Below, piece by piece: positions 1-9,276 of a stretch of 32,000 nt of DNA. The DNA comes from an uncultured archaeon (GTDB lineage: Archaea; Iainarchaeota; Iainarchaeia; Iainarchaeales; DATDZZ01), in the NCBI GenBank assembly GCA_964373795.1, contig CAYJVY010000008.1, positions 808 to 32,807 on the forward strand, written 5' to 3'. A program made the position numbers and the translations under genes. A model generated the notes under the pieces. It searched no databases and was not told where the DNA came from. It saw only the letters and a list, made by a program, of their open reading frames with translations. Position 1 is the stretch's first letter. Every line of letters starts with the position of its first letter.

Positions 1-49
1 ATAAATTTGTATTATTTAATGAAGTGAAAAAATTATTGAAGTGGTTTAA

Positions 50-640
50 ATGCCAACAGAAGAAAACGCAATTGTATTGGATTACCTTGCAAAAGGAAAA
101 AGTTCTAGTTATAAATCAGAGCCAATTGCACAAGTTATTGGAGTTAATCACTTCACTTTATTAGAAGTAGTTCCAAAACAGCCATTAAAAATCATGGACA
201 CTGTTTATGTTGGAAAAGAAACAAGAGAAGAAATTGATTACATTAAAAAAAGAATTCAATTCAAAGAATTAACTTCAACTGCTCAAAACGAATTAGAAAA
301 AGTAATAAACAAAATTGTTTTAGACAACACTCAAAGATTTTTAGGATTCTATAACAATTCTACTTCAATTACAATTAAGCTTCATCAACTTGAATTACTT
401 CCAGGTTTAGGAAAAAAACATATGCAAGACATTTTAAAAGAACGAGAAAAAAAACCTTTTGAGTCATTTGAAGACATCGCCAAAAGAGTTTATTTAATGC
501 CTGACCCTGTTCAAGCAATAGTTAAGAGAGTTATTGAAGAAATTGAAGGAATTGACATTAAATATTACATTTTTGCTAGGCAACCAGTGCAAGATCGAGG
601 ATTTTTTCATCATAGAAGACCTTTTCAAAGATATTCTTAA
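50..640 (+). CDS. DUF655-family archaeal protein (putative RNA-binding, helix-hairpin-helix region LPGLGKK)
   Basis: 196-aa ORF with an ATG start. The sequence style (AIVLDYL..., LLPGLGKKHMQDILKER) and its position directly upstream of ksgA match the conserved archaeal DUF655-KsgA pair. Confidence 0.65.
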   Translation: MPTEENAIVLDYLAKGKSSSYKSEPIAQVIGVNHFTLLEVVPKQPLKIMDTVYVGKETREEIDYIKKRIQFKELTSTAQNELEKVINKIVLDNTQRFLGFYNNSTSITIKLHQLELLPGLGKKHMQDILKEREKKPFESFEDIAKRVYLMPDPVQAIVKRVIEEIEGIDIKYYIFARQPVQDRGFFHHRRPFQRYS

Positions 641-689
641 GCATGCGAACTTCAATTAAGTTATAAATTTGTTTGCTTTTTCTTATATT

Positions 690-1505
690 ATGAATTTATT
701 TCAAGAACTAAATTTTGACATGGTTAAATACTCTTTTTCTCCTAAAAAAAAATTAGGTCAACATTTTTTAATTGATGAAAAAGTTCTTCAAAAAATTGTT
801 TTAACTGCAAATTTAAGTTCTAAAGACATTGTTTTAGAGATTGGTTCTGGAAGTGGAATTCTTTCAAAAGAATTAATTAAGACTGTTGAAAAAGTAATTG
901 GAGTAGAACTTGATTCAAGTTTAGTTAAACTACTTTCAGAAAAATTTAAAGAATTTAAAAATTTTAAATTAATTGAAGGAGATTTTCTTTCAATTCCTTT
1001 GCCAAAATTTAATAAAATTGTTTCTTGTCCACCTTATGGAATTAGTTCGGATATAATGAATAAATTATTTTCAATTGAATTTGATTTGGCTGTATTTGTT
1101 TTTCAAAAAGAGTTTGCAGAAAAACTTGTTTCAGAGCCTGGTTTTCCTGATTATACTGCTTTAAGCGTTTTAAGTCAATTTTATTTCTTTCCGACTCTTA
1201 TTCAAGAAGTTGATAGAAATGCTTTTTTTCCAAAACCAAAAGAACGCTCCACAATAATTAAACTTATTCCACAGAAAAGATTTGGTGAAACAAAAAATAA
1301 TGATTTATTTAATAAATTTATTAAAACGATTTTTAGATTTAAAAACAAGAATCTTTCAAATGGATTAAAGCAAGCATTAAGAGAATTAAAGGAATTTAAA
1401 AAAGAAAAAATTCAAAAATTCATTGAATCAAATGAATTGAGTGCTCAAAAAATCCAATTAATTGAGGTTTATGAATTTGTTGAAATTTTTAATGAATTAT
1501 TTTAA
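690..1505 (+). CDS. rsmA: 16S/18S rRNA (adenine-N6,N6)-dimethyltransferase KsgA/RsmA/Dim1
   Basis: LGQHFLID motif and SAM-binding motif EIGSGSGILS. I prefer the in-frame ATG at 690 over the TTG at 669 given in the ORF track. Confidence 0.9.
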   Translation: MNLFQELNFDMVKYSFSPKKKLGQHFLIDEKVLQKIVLTANLSSKDIVLEIGSGSGILSKELIKTVEKVIGVELDSSLVKLLSEKFKEFKNFKLIEGDFLSIPLPKFNKIVSCPPYGISSDIMNKLFSIEFDLAVFVFQKEFAEKLVSEPGFPDYTALSVLSQFYFFPTLIQEVDRNAFFPKPKERSTIIKLIPQKRFGETKNNDLFNKFIKTIFRFKNKNLSNGLKQALRELKEFKKEKIQKFIESNELSAQKIQLIEVYEFVEIFNELF

Positions 1506-1506
1506 T

Positions 1507-1758
1507 TTATTTCCGCTTTTTTTTCTTTGCAACAGTTTTTGATGATTTCGAATTTGCTCTTGATTCTTCTTCTAATAAATTTAATCTTTCTTCTAATAAA
1601 TCTAGTTTCTGATATAATGCTTTCATTAAAGTAAGATTTCTATCAAGTAGTTCTACTATTACTTTTTCATCTGCTTCATTTGCAAATCCTTTTACAAGCA
1701 TTTCCTGAATTTTTGCATGCAATGACTCAATTCTTTCTTTTACACTTAAAGGATCCAT
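1507..1758 (-). CDS. hypothetical small coiled-coil protein with Lys-rich tail
   Basis: 83-aa ORF with heptad-like L/E-rich sequence and a KKKKRK C-terminus. A strong SD (GAGGTGAT) lies upstream of the ATG. No family recognised. Confidence 0.5.
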   Translation of the reverse strand: MDPLSVKERIESLHAKIQEMLVKGFANEADEKVIVELLDRNLTLMKALYQKLDLLEERLNLLEEESRANSKSSKTVAKKKKRK

Positions 1759-1785
1759 TAAATCACCTCTATAAAGTTAAGCATA

Positions 1786-2796
1786 TTATTGTTTTTTCTT
1801 GTTAATTAATTTATCGCTTTTTTCTTGAATTAATTGAATAATTTTTGAAGGAGTTAACTCAAAACTGTGAAATGAATAGATTCCTAAAATGAAAACTGTA
1901 ATATAGTCAATTAAATGAATTAAAATTGCTAAAGTAATTCCTTGTATTGCATTTAATCCAATTAAAGTAAAATAAAATGCAAAAGCTGCTTCAAAGGTTC
2001 CAATAAATCCGGGAGCAGAAGGAATTAGAGTTACAAACATTACTAAAACCAGGAGTAAACCAATTTGAATGAAGGAAATATTTATCCCTAAATTTACTGC
2101 AATAAAATAAAAATTAATCCAAACAAGAATCCAGCTAATTAATCCGCTTATAAAAATAATTAATTGATTTTTTAAACCAGTTCTAAATGCCTTTCCTCCT
2201 GAAAAAAAATCTTCCAAGAAATTTTCTCTATTTTTTAGAAAAGAAATTTTTTGCACTAAAGGTTTAAGTATATTGACAAATTTGTGAGAGGAAAAAAACA
2301 ATAAAAAAATTATAACAAATAATGTAATTGGAAATAAAATTATTGCTTGAATTTGAAAAGAAATAGTTGGATATAAAATTAATAGAAAACCAAATAAAAT
2401 AATCAAAATAATCATTTCAACTAATCTATCAACTAACACGCTTGAAAAAGCAATTGTTTTACTTATTTTTTGTTTTTTACTTAAAACATATGTTCTAACA
2501 AATTCTCCTAAACGTGCAGGTAAAAAGTTGTTTGAAAAGAAACCAATACACATAATCTTAATTGAATCTTTTAACTTAATTTCTGTGAAAGGTTTTAGTA
2601 AAAATTTCCATCTTAGTCCGCGGAAAATAAAAGTGGAAAAAGAAATAGTTAAAGAAATTATGAATGCCTGAACTCCAAATTGAAGAATTTGTTTTAAAAC
2701 TTCTTTTAAATCAATTAAATAAATAATTAATACAATAAAGATAATGCTAATTAAATAGGAAAAAATTACTTTTTTATCTAATTTCAATTTATTCAC
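1786..2796 (-). CDS. polytopic membrane protein, UPF0104 / lysyl-phosphatidylglycerol-synthase-TM (flippase-like) type
   Basis: About 8 hydrophobic segments and an ARLGEFVRTYVL-type motif typical of this family. GTG start 7 nt after the deoA stop. Confidence 0.55.
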   Translation of the reverse strand: MNKLKLDKKVIFSYLISIIFIVLIIYLIDLKEVLKQILQFGVQAFIISLTISFSTFIFRGLRWKFLLKPFTEIKLKDSIKIMCIGFFSNNFLPARLGEFVRTYVLSKKQKISKTIAFSSVLVDRLVEMIILIILFGFLLILYPTISFQIQAIILFPITLFVIIFLLFFSSHKFVNILKPLVQKISFLKNRENFLEDFFSGGKAFRTGLKNQLIIFISGLISWILVWINFYFIAVNLGINISFIQIGLLLVLVMFVTLIPSAPGFIGTFEAAFAFYFTLIGLNAIQGITLAILIHLIDYITVFILGIYSFHSFELTPSKIIQLIQEKSDKLINKKKQ

Positions 2797-2803
2797 TTCA
2801 AAA

Positions 2804-4339
2804 CTATGAATATTTTTCTAAAATGATTTGCTGGAACTCGAATGGTAAATTGTTTTTTGAATATGTTTCAGCTAAAAATAGTTTTCTTGAATTTTCTCCA
2901 TAAATTTCGAATAATGGTTGGTCTTTTTTTACTTTTTGTCCTTCTTCTACTAATAATAGTACTCCTGCTTTTTGATCGTGGGGGGCTCCAGCAATTCTAG
3001 CAATTGCTCCAAGTTCTTTTACTTTAATTCTACTAATTTCTCCTTCTTCAGTTGATTTAATTATTTTTTTAGATTTTGATAATTTTATTTCTTTGCTTGA
3101 AAAAATCTTTCCTCCTTGGGCTTTAATTATTTCCTTCATTTTTTTCAATGCTTGGCCATTTTTTAAAATTTTTTTTGCCAACTCTGTTCCTTTTCCTTTT
3201 TCTGTTTTTCCAACTAATTCAAATAATGCTCCCGCAAGCTCGCAACTTTTTTGAGCTAAATTATCAAATATTTTTCCTTCAAGTATTTCCATTACATGTT
3301 TTGCTTCTAATACCGGGCCAAAAGCTTTTCCGCTTGGCTCTGTGCCATTAGTAATTAATGCTTCAACCTTTATTCCAAGTTTTTTTCCAACTTTAATAAA
3401 TTTTTCAGCCATTTCTCTTGCTTTTTCTTTTGATTTAATTTTAACGTCAGGGCCTACTGGTAAATCAATTACAACGTATTTTGATCCAACTGAAGCTTTT
3501 TTTGCTAGCACTGATGCAACTACTTGTCCATCTGGATCAAGTGAAAGAGGATATTCTACTTTAATTATTTTGTCGTCAGCTGGAGCCAAATCAACTGCTC
3601 CTCCCCAACAAATTACTGCTCCAACCTTTTTTGTTATTTTTTTTATTTGTTCAAAGCTTAAATTAACGTTTGTTAGTACTTCCATTGCATCAGCTGTTCC
3701 GGAACAAGAAGTAATGCTTCTAGAAGAAGTTTTAGGAATCATAAATCCTTGAGAGGAAATTATTGGAACTACAATCATTGTTGCTCTTCCATTTATTCCT
3801 CCAACGCTGTGCTTGTCTAAAACTTTTCCTTTTCCAAAATTAATTTTTTTGCCATTTTCAATTAATGCCTTAGTCATTGCAGTTGTTTCATCTAAATCAA
3901 ATCCATAAATATAAACAGCAGTCATGAAAGAAGCTAATTCTATTTCACTAATCCTGTTTTCATTAACGTCTTTCACGATTTCTTGTAACTCTTGTTCTGA
4001 AAGTTTTTGATTATTTAATTTCTTTTTAATGTAATTAATGCTTTTAGGTTTTTCAACTGCTTGAACTTTAACTTGCTGTTTATTCAAGCAATTCAATAAA
4101 TTGTTAACATCTTTAAGTAATCCAATTTCATTTTCTTTAACCATTGAATTAGTTACATCAGCTAAAGCCGTAATTCTTTTACCTGACTTGCTATTTAAAA
4201 CCTCTACTCTATCTAATGGCAGTATCCCTAATTGTTTTGCGTCAAGTTCATTCAAGATTACAATCAATTTTCCTGTTTCAATATCAAAACATTTAACACT
4301 CATTTCTTGAACATACTTTGCTTTTTCATTTACAATCAT
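2804..4339 (-). CDS. deoA: AMP phosphorylase (archaeal thymidine-phosphorylase family, with N-terminal extension)
   Basis: 511 aa with LDKHSVGG and TSSRSITS.SGTADAMEVL motifs of pyrimidine-nucleoside phosphorylase family 2. The extra N-terminal domain matches archaeal AMPpase. AGGTGA SD precedes the ATG. Confidence 0.8.
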   Translation of the reverse strand: MIVNEKAKYVQEMSVKCFDIETGKLIVILNELDAKQLGILPLDRVEVLNSKSGKRITALADVTNSMVKENEIGLLKDVNNLLNCLNKQQVKVQAVEKPKSINYIKKKLNNQKLSEQELQEIVKDVNENRISEIELASFMTAVYIYGFDLDETTAMTKALIENGKKINFGKGKVLDKHSVGGINGRATMIVVPIISSQGFMIPKTSSRSITSCSGTADAMEVLTNVNLSFEQIKKITKKVGAVICWGGAVDLAPADDKIIKVEYPLSLDPDGQVVASVLAKKASVGSKYVVIDLPVGPDVKIKSKEKAREMAEKFIKVGKKLGIKVEALITNGTEPSGKAFGPVLEAKHVMEILEGKIFDNLAQKSCELAGALFELVGKTEKGKGTELAKKILKNGQALKKMKEIIKAQGGKIFSSKEIKLSKSKKIIKSTEEGEISRIKVKELGAIARIAGAPHDQKAGVLLLVEEGQKVKKDQPLFEIYGENSRKLFLAETYSKNNLPFEFQQIILEKYS

Positions 4340-4371
4340 TAATTCACCTTAACTACAAAAAATGGTTAAAA

Positions 4372-5361
4372 TCATTTAAATACATTTCTTTTGAAACCAA
4401 TCTCTTCATTTAATTTTTTTAAAGCCTTAACGCTAGCCAAGGAAAAATTTTTTGGCGGAATAGTAAAATCTGTTTCAAAAGCATAATTTAATGCACTTGA
4501 AGAATTAATTCTAACAATTCTTAAATCATATCCAACTTTTTTCAACACATTTACTACTTCTTTAGCTGACCCTCCCTGCGAGCCAACGCCCGGAATTAAC
4601 AAAGGCACTTCTTGCTTGGATTCAACAAAAAATTTAGCAATTTTTTCCAATTCATGTAAAGAAGTCGCTCCTACAACTGCTCCCACACTTCCTTGAGCAT
4701 TTTTTCCCCATTCAACAATTTTCTCTGAAACAAGTAAAAACAATTCTTTTCCATTCACTTTCAAGTTCTGAAAATCTTTTGCTCCAGAATTAGAGGTGCG
4801 ATTTAATACATAAACTCCAAACCTTTTATGTCGTTCGCAAAAATCAATAAAAGGTTTAACTGAATCCTCTCCCATAAAAGGATTAACAGTTAAAGCATCT
4901 GCTTTCCAAAAAGAAAAAGCTTCCATTACATATGCTTCAGATGTTTTTCCTATGTCTCCTCTTTTTCCATCAAAAATAATTGGAGCATTAATTTTTCTGC
5001 ATTTTTCAATTACTTTTTCTAAAGCCTTTAATCCCTCAAATCCATGTTTAGCATAAAAAGCATAATTTGGTTTAAACGCAGAAGGTAAAACCTTTTCTGA
5101 AATGCATGCATCAATAATTGAAGAATAAAAATTAATTATTTTTCCTCCCATTTCACGATCAATTTCCTGTAATCTTCTCAATAAATCGGCAGGAGGCAAA
5201 CTCAAATCAATTCCTTCACTTGGTTGAGGAAGATGTTTTTCGCGTACTTCAAGAAAATCTCCTTTTGCAGCTTCAATTCTATGCATTTCTGGATCTAAAC
5301 CCATGCAAGCAATTGAATTGGTTTCTTCAGAGCTTTTTTTTAAAAATTCGTTGAAATTCAT
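4372..5361 (-). CDS. pyrF: orotidine-5'-phosphate decarboxylase, long (type 2) form
   Basis: MGLDPE, FDGKRGDIGKTSEAY and PGVGSQGG motifs. 329 aa. Confidence 0.85.
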   Translation of the reverse strand: MNFNEFLKKSSEETNSIACMGLDPEMHRIEAAKGDFLEVREKHLPQPSEGIDLSLPPADLLRRLQEIDREMGGKIINFYSSIIDACISEKVLPSAFKPNYAFYAKHGFEGLKALEKVIEKCRKINAPIIFDGKRGDIGKTSEAYVMEAFSFWKADALTVNPFMGEDSVKPFIDFCERHKRFGVYVLNRTSNSGAKDFQNLKVNGKELFLLVSEKIVEWGKNAQGSVGAVVGATSLHELEKIAKFFVESKQEVPLLIPGVGSQGGSAKEVVNVLKKVGYDLRIVRINSSSALNYAFETDFTIPPKNFSLASVKALKKLNEEIGFKRNVFK

Positions 5362-5453
5362 TTAATGTTCCTCGATTTTTGTACTAATTCAATTGAATTA
5401 CTTTTAATAATATATTTTTTAATTAATTAAATGAGTTCTGTTTTGTGATTTAA

Positions 5454-6551
5454 ATGAATTTAATTCTTTTTTTAATTATTTCACTTGTAATTGGGTTTGC
5501 GTTTACTTTTTGGTTAATGCCTTTGTACATGAAATTTGTTTTCAGAGTAGGAGTAACAGGAATTGATCAACAAAAAAAAGGCAAACCATTACTTCCAACT
5601 TCTGGAGGAGTACCTGTTTTTCTTGGATTGTTTGCAAGCATTTTGGTTTTTATTTTGCTTTCAACTTTTTCAAGTGAAAATCCTTTTAGTTTTGAAGTAA
5701 TTAAAAGAAATATGCTTTTGCTTGGAGGATTGCTTTCAATTGCTATTTTTACTTCAGTTGGTTTCTTTGATGATGTTTATGTTCAAAGATATGAAAAATT
5801 AATGCGTTCTGATACAAAGGAAAGAAGAATTGGTTTAAGGCAATGGCAAAAGCCTTTGCTTACCTTGCTTGGAGGAGTTCCATTAATTGTTTTAATGGCT
5901 GGAACAAGCGTAATGGATTTCCCTGTTTTAGGCAGAATTGATATTGGATTAATTTATCCATTAATTTTAATTCCTTTAGCAGTTGTAACCGTTTCAAATG
6001 CAACAAACATGTTAGCTGGCTTGAATGGCTTGGAAGCAGGTTTAATGATTATTGCTTCCTTCACTTTAGGACTTTTTTCTTTATCAATTGGAAGAATTGA
6101 AGGCCCTGTAATTGCTTTTTCTTTAACTGCAACACTGCTTGCATTTTTTGTATTCAATAAATATCCTTCTAAAATCTTGCCAGGAGATTCTTTAACTTAT
6201 TTTGCTGGAGGAGCATTTGTTACAGCAGTAATTCTTGGAAACGTTGAAAAACTTGGAATACTTATTTTTATTCCATGGATTTTAGAAGCTTTTTTAAAAT
6301 TGAGGGCAAGATTTAAGGCTCGCTCGTTTGGAGACTTGCAAAAAGACGGAACACTTAAAGCTCCTTATGAAAAAATTTTTTCTTTAACTCATATTGTAAT
6401 GAAGTTACCTGAATGGCTTGGAAGAAAAAGATTTACTGAAAGACAAGCAGTAATAGTTTTATTGCTTTTTGAAATACTTGTATGCATTATTGCTTTGCTT
6501 ATCTATAACAGGGTTTTAATTGACGCCGTATTTTTTAAGATACTTATTTAA
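5454..6551 (+). CDS. glycosyltransferase family 4 (MraY/WecA/AglH-like sugar-phosphate:polyprenyl-phosphate transferase)
   Basis: Multi-TM protein with GFFDDV, NATNMLAGLNGLEAG and PGDSLTYFAGG motifs. GTGAT SD. Confidence 0.8.
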   Translation: MNLILFLIISLVIGFAFTFWLMPLYMKFVFRVGVTGIDQQKKGKPLLPTSGGVPVFLGLFASILVFILLSTFSSENPFSFEVIKRNMLLLGGLLSIAIFTSVGFFDDVYVQRYEKLMRSDTKERRIGLRQWQKPLLTLLGGVPLIVLMAGTSVMDFPVLGRIDIGLIYPLILIPLAVVTVSNATNMLAGLNGLEAGLMIIASFTLGLFSLSIGRIEGPVIAFSLTATLLAFFVFNKYPSKILPGDSLTYFAGGAFVTAVILGNVEKLGILIFIPWILEAFLKLRARFKARSFGDLQKDGTLKAPYEKIFSLTHIVMKLPEWLGRKRFTERQAVIVLLLFEILVCIIALLIYNRVLIDAVFFKILI

Positions 6552-7223
6552 TTCTTTTTTGTTTTCCTCTGAAACAAATATTTTTTCATTAAATTTTTTG
6601 CCAACTAAAAAATTTATTGCCTCAGTTATTTTCAAAATAGAGTAAACAGGAACTCCAGTTTTTTTAGTGAAAAACTTTAAAGCATTTTCTCCTTCCAAGG
6701 TTTTTTGTTCTCTGTCAACTGCAACAATTAATGCAGTTAAATTAATTTCCAAATTGTTTTCTTTTGCAAAGGATTGAATTTTTTCAATTGCTTCAAACTT
6801 TGTTGCAGCAGAGGTTATTACATCATCAACCATTAATACATTGCATTTATTGAAAAACTTTGCTCCAACAAACCATTCACTTGACTTTGAAGCTTCGCCA
6901 TGCGTTTTAGCTTCTTTCCTGTCATAATTAAATCCAACTTTTAATTTATGTTCTTTGAATAAAGCAATTGCAGTTGCTTGAGCTATAGCGCTTCCCTTGT
7001 ATGAGGGCCCAAAAATAATATCTAAATTTTTATGCAAGCCATTTGAAACAATTGTTTCTGCATAGAATTTTCCTAACTCATAAGTTGTTTCTCCGTCATT
7101 AAACATTCCAATGTTTACAAAATAAGGAGTAGGCCTGCCGTCCTTTAAAGTTAATCCTTGTTTAAAAAATAAAGCATTTGTTTTAATTAAAAAATTCGCA
7201 AACTCTTCTTTATATTTTTCCAT
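6516..7223 (-). CDS. pyrE: orotate phosphoribosyltransferase
   Basis: PRPP-binding motif VLMVDDVITSAATK, plus GPSYKGSAIA. The 3' end overlaps the convergent GT4 gene by 36 nt. Confidence 0.85.
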   Translation of the reverse strand: MEKYKEEFANFLIKTNALFFKQGLTLKDGRPTPYFVNIGMFNDGETTYELGKFYAETIVSNGLHKNLDIIFGPSYKGSAIAQATAIALFKEHKLKVGFNYDRKEAKTHGEASKSSEWFVGAKFFNKCNVLMVDDVITSAATKFEAIEKIQSFAKENNLEINLTALIVAVDREQKTLEGENALKFFTKKTGVPVYSILKITEAINFLVGKKFNEKIFVSEENKKELNKYLKKYGVN

Positions 7224-7301
7224 TTCAAATCAAATAACTTTTAAACCGCAAAACTTAAATTAGAATATGGGTTTCTGGTTTAACAATTAAATTCAGACTA
7301 T

Positions 7302-7306
7302 AAAAA
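7302..7306 (-). terminator. oligo-T tract immediately 3' of the 5S rRNA
   Basis: The minus strand reads ...GCTAATC AC TTTTT ATAG. Archaeal RNA polymerase terminates at oligo-T runs. Confidence 0.35.
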
Positions 7307-7308
7307 GT

Positions 7309-7426
7309 GATTAGCAGCGTTTAGGATGCTCCAAGCAAAAACTCAGTGCAAACCTTTTCGCAGACAGGCTTAACTTCTGGGTTCGAGATGAGACCAGGTG
7401 TTTCACTGTCGCTTTGACCGCTAATC
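7309..7426 (-). rRNA. rrf: 5S ribosomal RNA
   Basis: The reverse complement reads GATTAGCGGTCAAAGCGACAGTGAAACACCTGGTCTCATCTCGAACCCAGAAGTTAAGCC...GCTGCTAATC. It contains the universal 5S core (GAAACACC..GGTC.CAT..CGAACCC.GAAGTTAAGC). The termini pair (GATTAGC/GCTAATC), the length is about 118 nt, and the local GC is well above the surroundings. Confidence 0.85.
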
Positions 7427-7450
7427 AATAATATTTATGAATGCTTGGCT

Positions 7451-8761
7451 TTAAAAAACTTCTTTTCCTTTGAATTCAGTGAAAAACTTGCCTTCATCGA
7501 ATACAAGGTTTCCGTTAACAATTGTTTTTTCTACTTTACCTTTTAATTTTCTTCCATTAAATGGACTCCACTTGCATTTAGTGAATAGTTCTTCATTTTT
7601 TACAATCCATTCTTTTTCTGGATTGAAAACAAATAAATCTGCGTCAAATCCTTTTTTTATTTCTCCTTTTTTTGCAATGTTAAATATTTTTGCAGGATTT
7701 TTTGAACTCATTTCAATTACTTTTTTCAGGCTTTCAGGTTTGTTTTCAAAAAAATTGTAAAGCAAGGAAAACATTGTTTCAAGTCCTGGGACTCCTGAAG
7801 GAGCTTCAAAGTATGGCTTGTTTTTTTCTTCAATTGTGTGAGGGGCGTGATCTGTTGCAATTACATCAACCAAGTTTTTTTCAATTCCTGAAATCAAAGC
7901 TTTTTGGTCTGCAAGGCCTCGCAAAGGTGGATTCATTTTACCAAAATTGCCAAGTTTTTCTGCGTCAAAGGAATTTAAAAACAAGTGATGAGGGCAAACC
8001 TCGCAAGAAATATTTAGTTTTTCTTTTTTTGCTTTTTCAATTTCTTTTAATGCTTCTTCAGTTGAAACATGACAGAAATGAATTCTTGTCTTAACTTGTT
8101 TAATTAATTCAATTACTTTTTTCACTGCTTTTAATTCACATTCATCTGCTCTAATCATTGAATGGTATTTTACATTATTAAATGTCGGGCCTGAAAAAGC
8201 CTTGCTTAAGCGTTGAATTAATTCTTCGTCTTCTGCGTGAATGCATGCAAGAAAGTTTTTTTTCTTTGCAGCCTCTAAAACCTTTTTAATTTCTTCTTGT
8301 TTTTCAACCAATAAATTTCCAGTGCTAGATCCTATAAAAATTTTTATTCCGCAAACATTTTTTGCCTTTAAAATTTCTTCAATATTTTCATTGCTTGCGC
8401 CTAAATAAAAACCATAATTAACTAAAGCATTTTTTTTCACTAAATTTCTTTTTTCATTTAATGCTTGCATTGAAGTTATTGAAGGGGAATTGTTTGGCAT
8501 GTCTAAAACAGTTGTTACTCCTCCAGCTAAAGCAGCTTGTGATCCTGTAAGCCAGTCTTCCTTGAATTCTTGCCCTGGAGTTCTGAAGTGTACATGTACA
8601 TCAATTAATCCAGGCAAAATTAATTTTCCAGAGCAATCAATGCTTTTTCCTTTAGGCTTTGAAGAAGTTAAATTCTTGATTTTTCCATTTGCAATTACAA
8701 TGTTTTTTTTCACGAATTTTCCATTCAAGAAAACCATTCCATTAATTAATGCTAAATTCAT
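7451..8761 (-). CDS. pyrC: dihydroorotase
   Basis: DVHVHFRTPG metal-binding motif, ATDHAPH, 436 aa. The ATG directly abuts the stop of the upstream ORF (TAAATG). Confidence 0.9.
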   Translation of the reverse strand: MNLALINGMVFLNGKFVKKNIVIANGKIKNLTSSKPKGKSIDCSGKLILPGLIDVHVHFRTPGQEFKEDWLTGSQAALAGGVTTVLDMPNNSPSITSMQALNEKRNLVKKNALVNYGFYLGASNENIEEILKAKNVCGIKIFIGSSTGNLLVEKQEEIKKVLEAAKKKNFLACIHAEDEELIQRLSKAFSGPTFNNVKYHSMIRADECELKAVKKVIELIKQVKTRIHFCHVSTEEALKEIEKAKKEKLNISCEVCPHHLFLNSFDAEKLGNFGKMNPPLRGLADQKALISGIEKNLVDVIATDHAPHTIEEKNKPYFEAPSGVPGLETMFSLLYNFFENKPESLKKVIEMSSKNPAKIFNIAKKGEIKKGFDADLFVFNPEKEWIVKNEELFTKCKWSPFNGRKLKGKVEKTIVNGNLVFDEGKFFTEFKGKEVF

Positions 8762-9271
8762 TTATCTCCCTCTTATTTCTCTATGCCTTTTAATTGCTTC
8801 TGGATTTAATTCAATGGTTCCACGTTTATCTATTCTTTCATGCCAACTTGTTTTACCTTGAGAAAACCATTTTCTTGGATTTTGATTTATTTTTGCAATA
8901 AGGGCTTGAATTACTTTGGTTGCCGCAAAAGCAATAGCTCTTTCCATTCCAATTTTTTTCATTTCATGAATTAATGCAAAAAACAATTTAGTTGCAATTT
9001 TTCTTCTTCTATTTTTTGGGTCAACATATACTCTATTATATAAAATGTCATTTCTGTCCCTTCTTATACCAAATGAAAGAAACCCTAAAGGTTTTCCACT
9101 ACTGTCTATTGCGACAATGAAATTATAGTCTCCCCCTTTCCCAGCTTCTGTAATGCTTCTTCTAAGTTCTTGTTTTGACATTCCGTAATTTATATTTGCT
9201 AGAACAAAGTCTGCGCATCTCAAGTAAACTGGATCTAATTCATTTAATTCACTTAACAATTCAAATCTCAT
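8762..9271 (-). CDS. GNAT-like acetyltransferase-fold protein (tentative, motif A degenerate)
   Basis: 169 aa. The segment VYVDPKNRRRKIATKLFFALIHEMKKIGMERA resembles GNAT motif A, but the usual R-x-x-G-x-A reads RRRKIA. It is tightly packed between pyrK and pyrC. Confidence 0.4.
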   Translation of the reverse strand: MRFELLSELNELDPVYLRCADFVLANINYGMSKQELRRSITEAGKGGDYNFIVAIDSSGKPLGFLSFGIRRDRNDILYNRVYVDPKNRRRKIATKLFFALIHEMKKIGMERAIAFAATKVIQALIAKINQNPRKWFSQGKTSWHERIDKRGTIELNPEAIKRHREIRGR

Positions 9272-9276
9272 TTAAT

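Noticed and set aside
3148-4310. Three plus-strand ORFs (3148-3351, 3342-3752, 4101-4310)
   Set aside because: All are antisense to the AMP phosphorylase gene. They have no motifs or SDs, and the sequences are hydrophobic and low-complexity.
6516-6551. 36-nt convergent overlap of the pyrE and GT4 3' ends
   Set aside because: The overlap is real in the sequence, but it fits the general compaction of this genome. There is no evidence of a special function.
7470-8861. Plus-strand ORFs 7470-7760, 7690-8094 and 8490-8861
   Set aside because: They are antisense to pyrC and the GNAT-like gene. The opposite-strand genes have strong family motifs.
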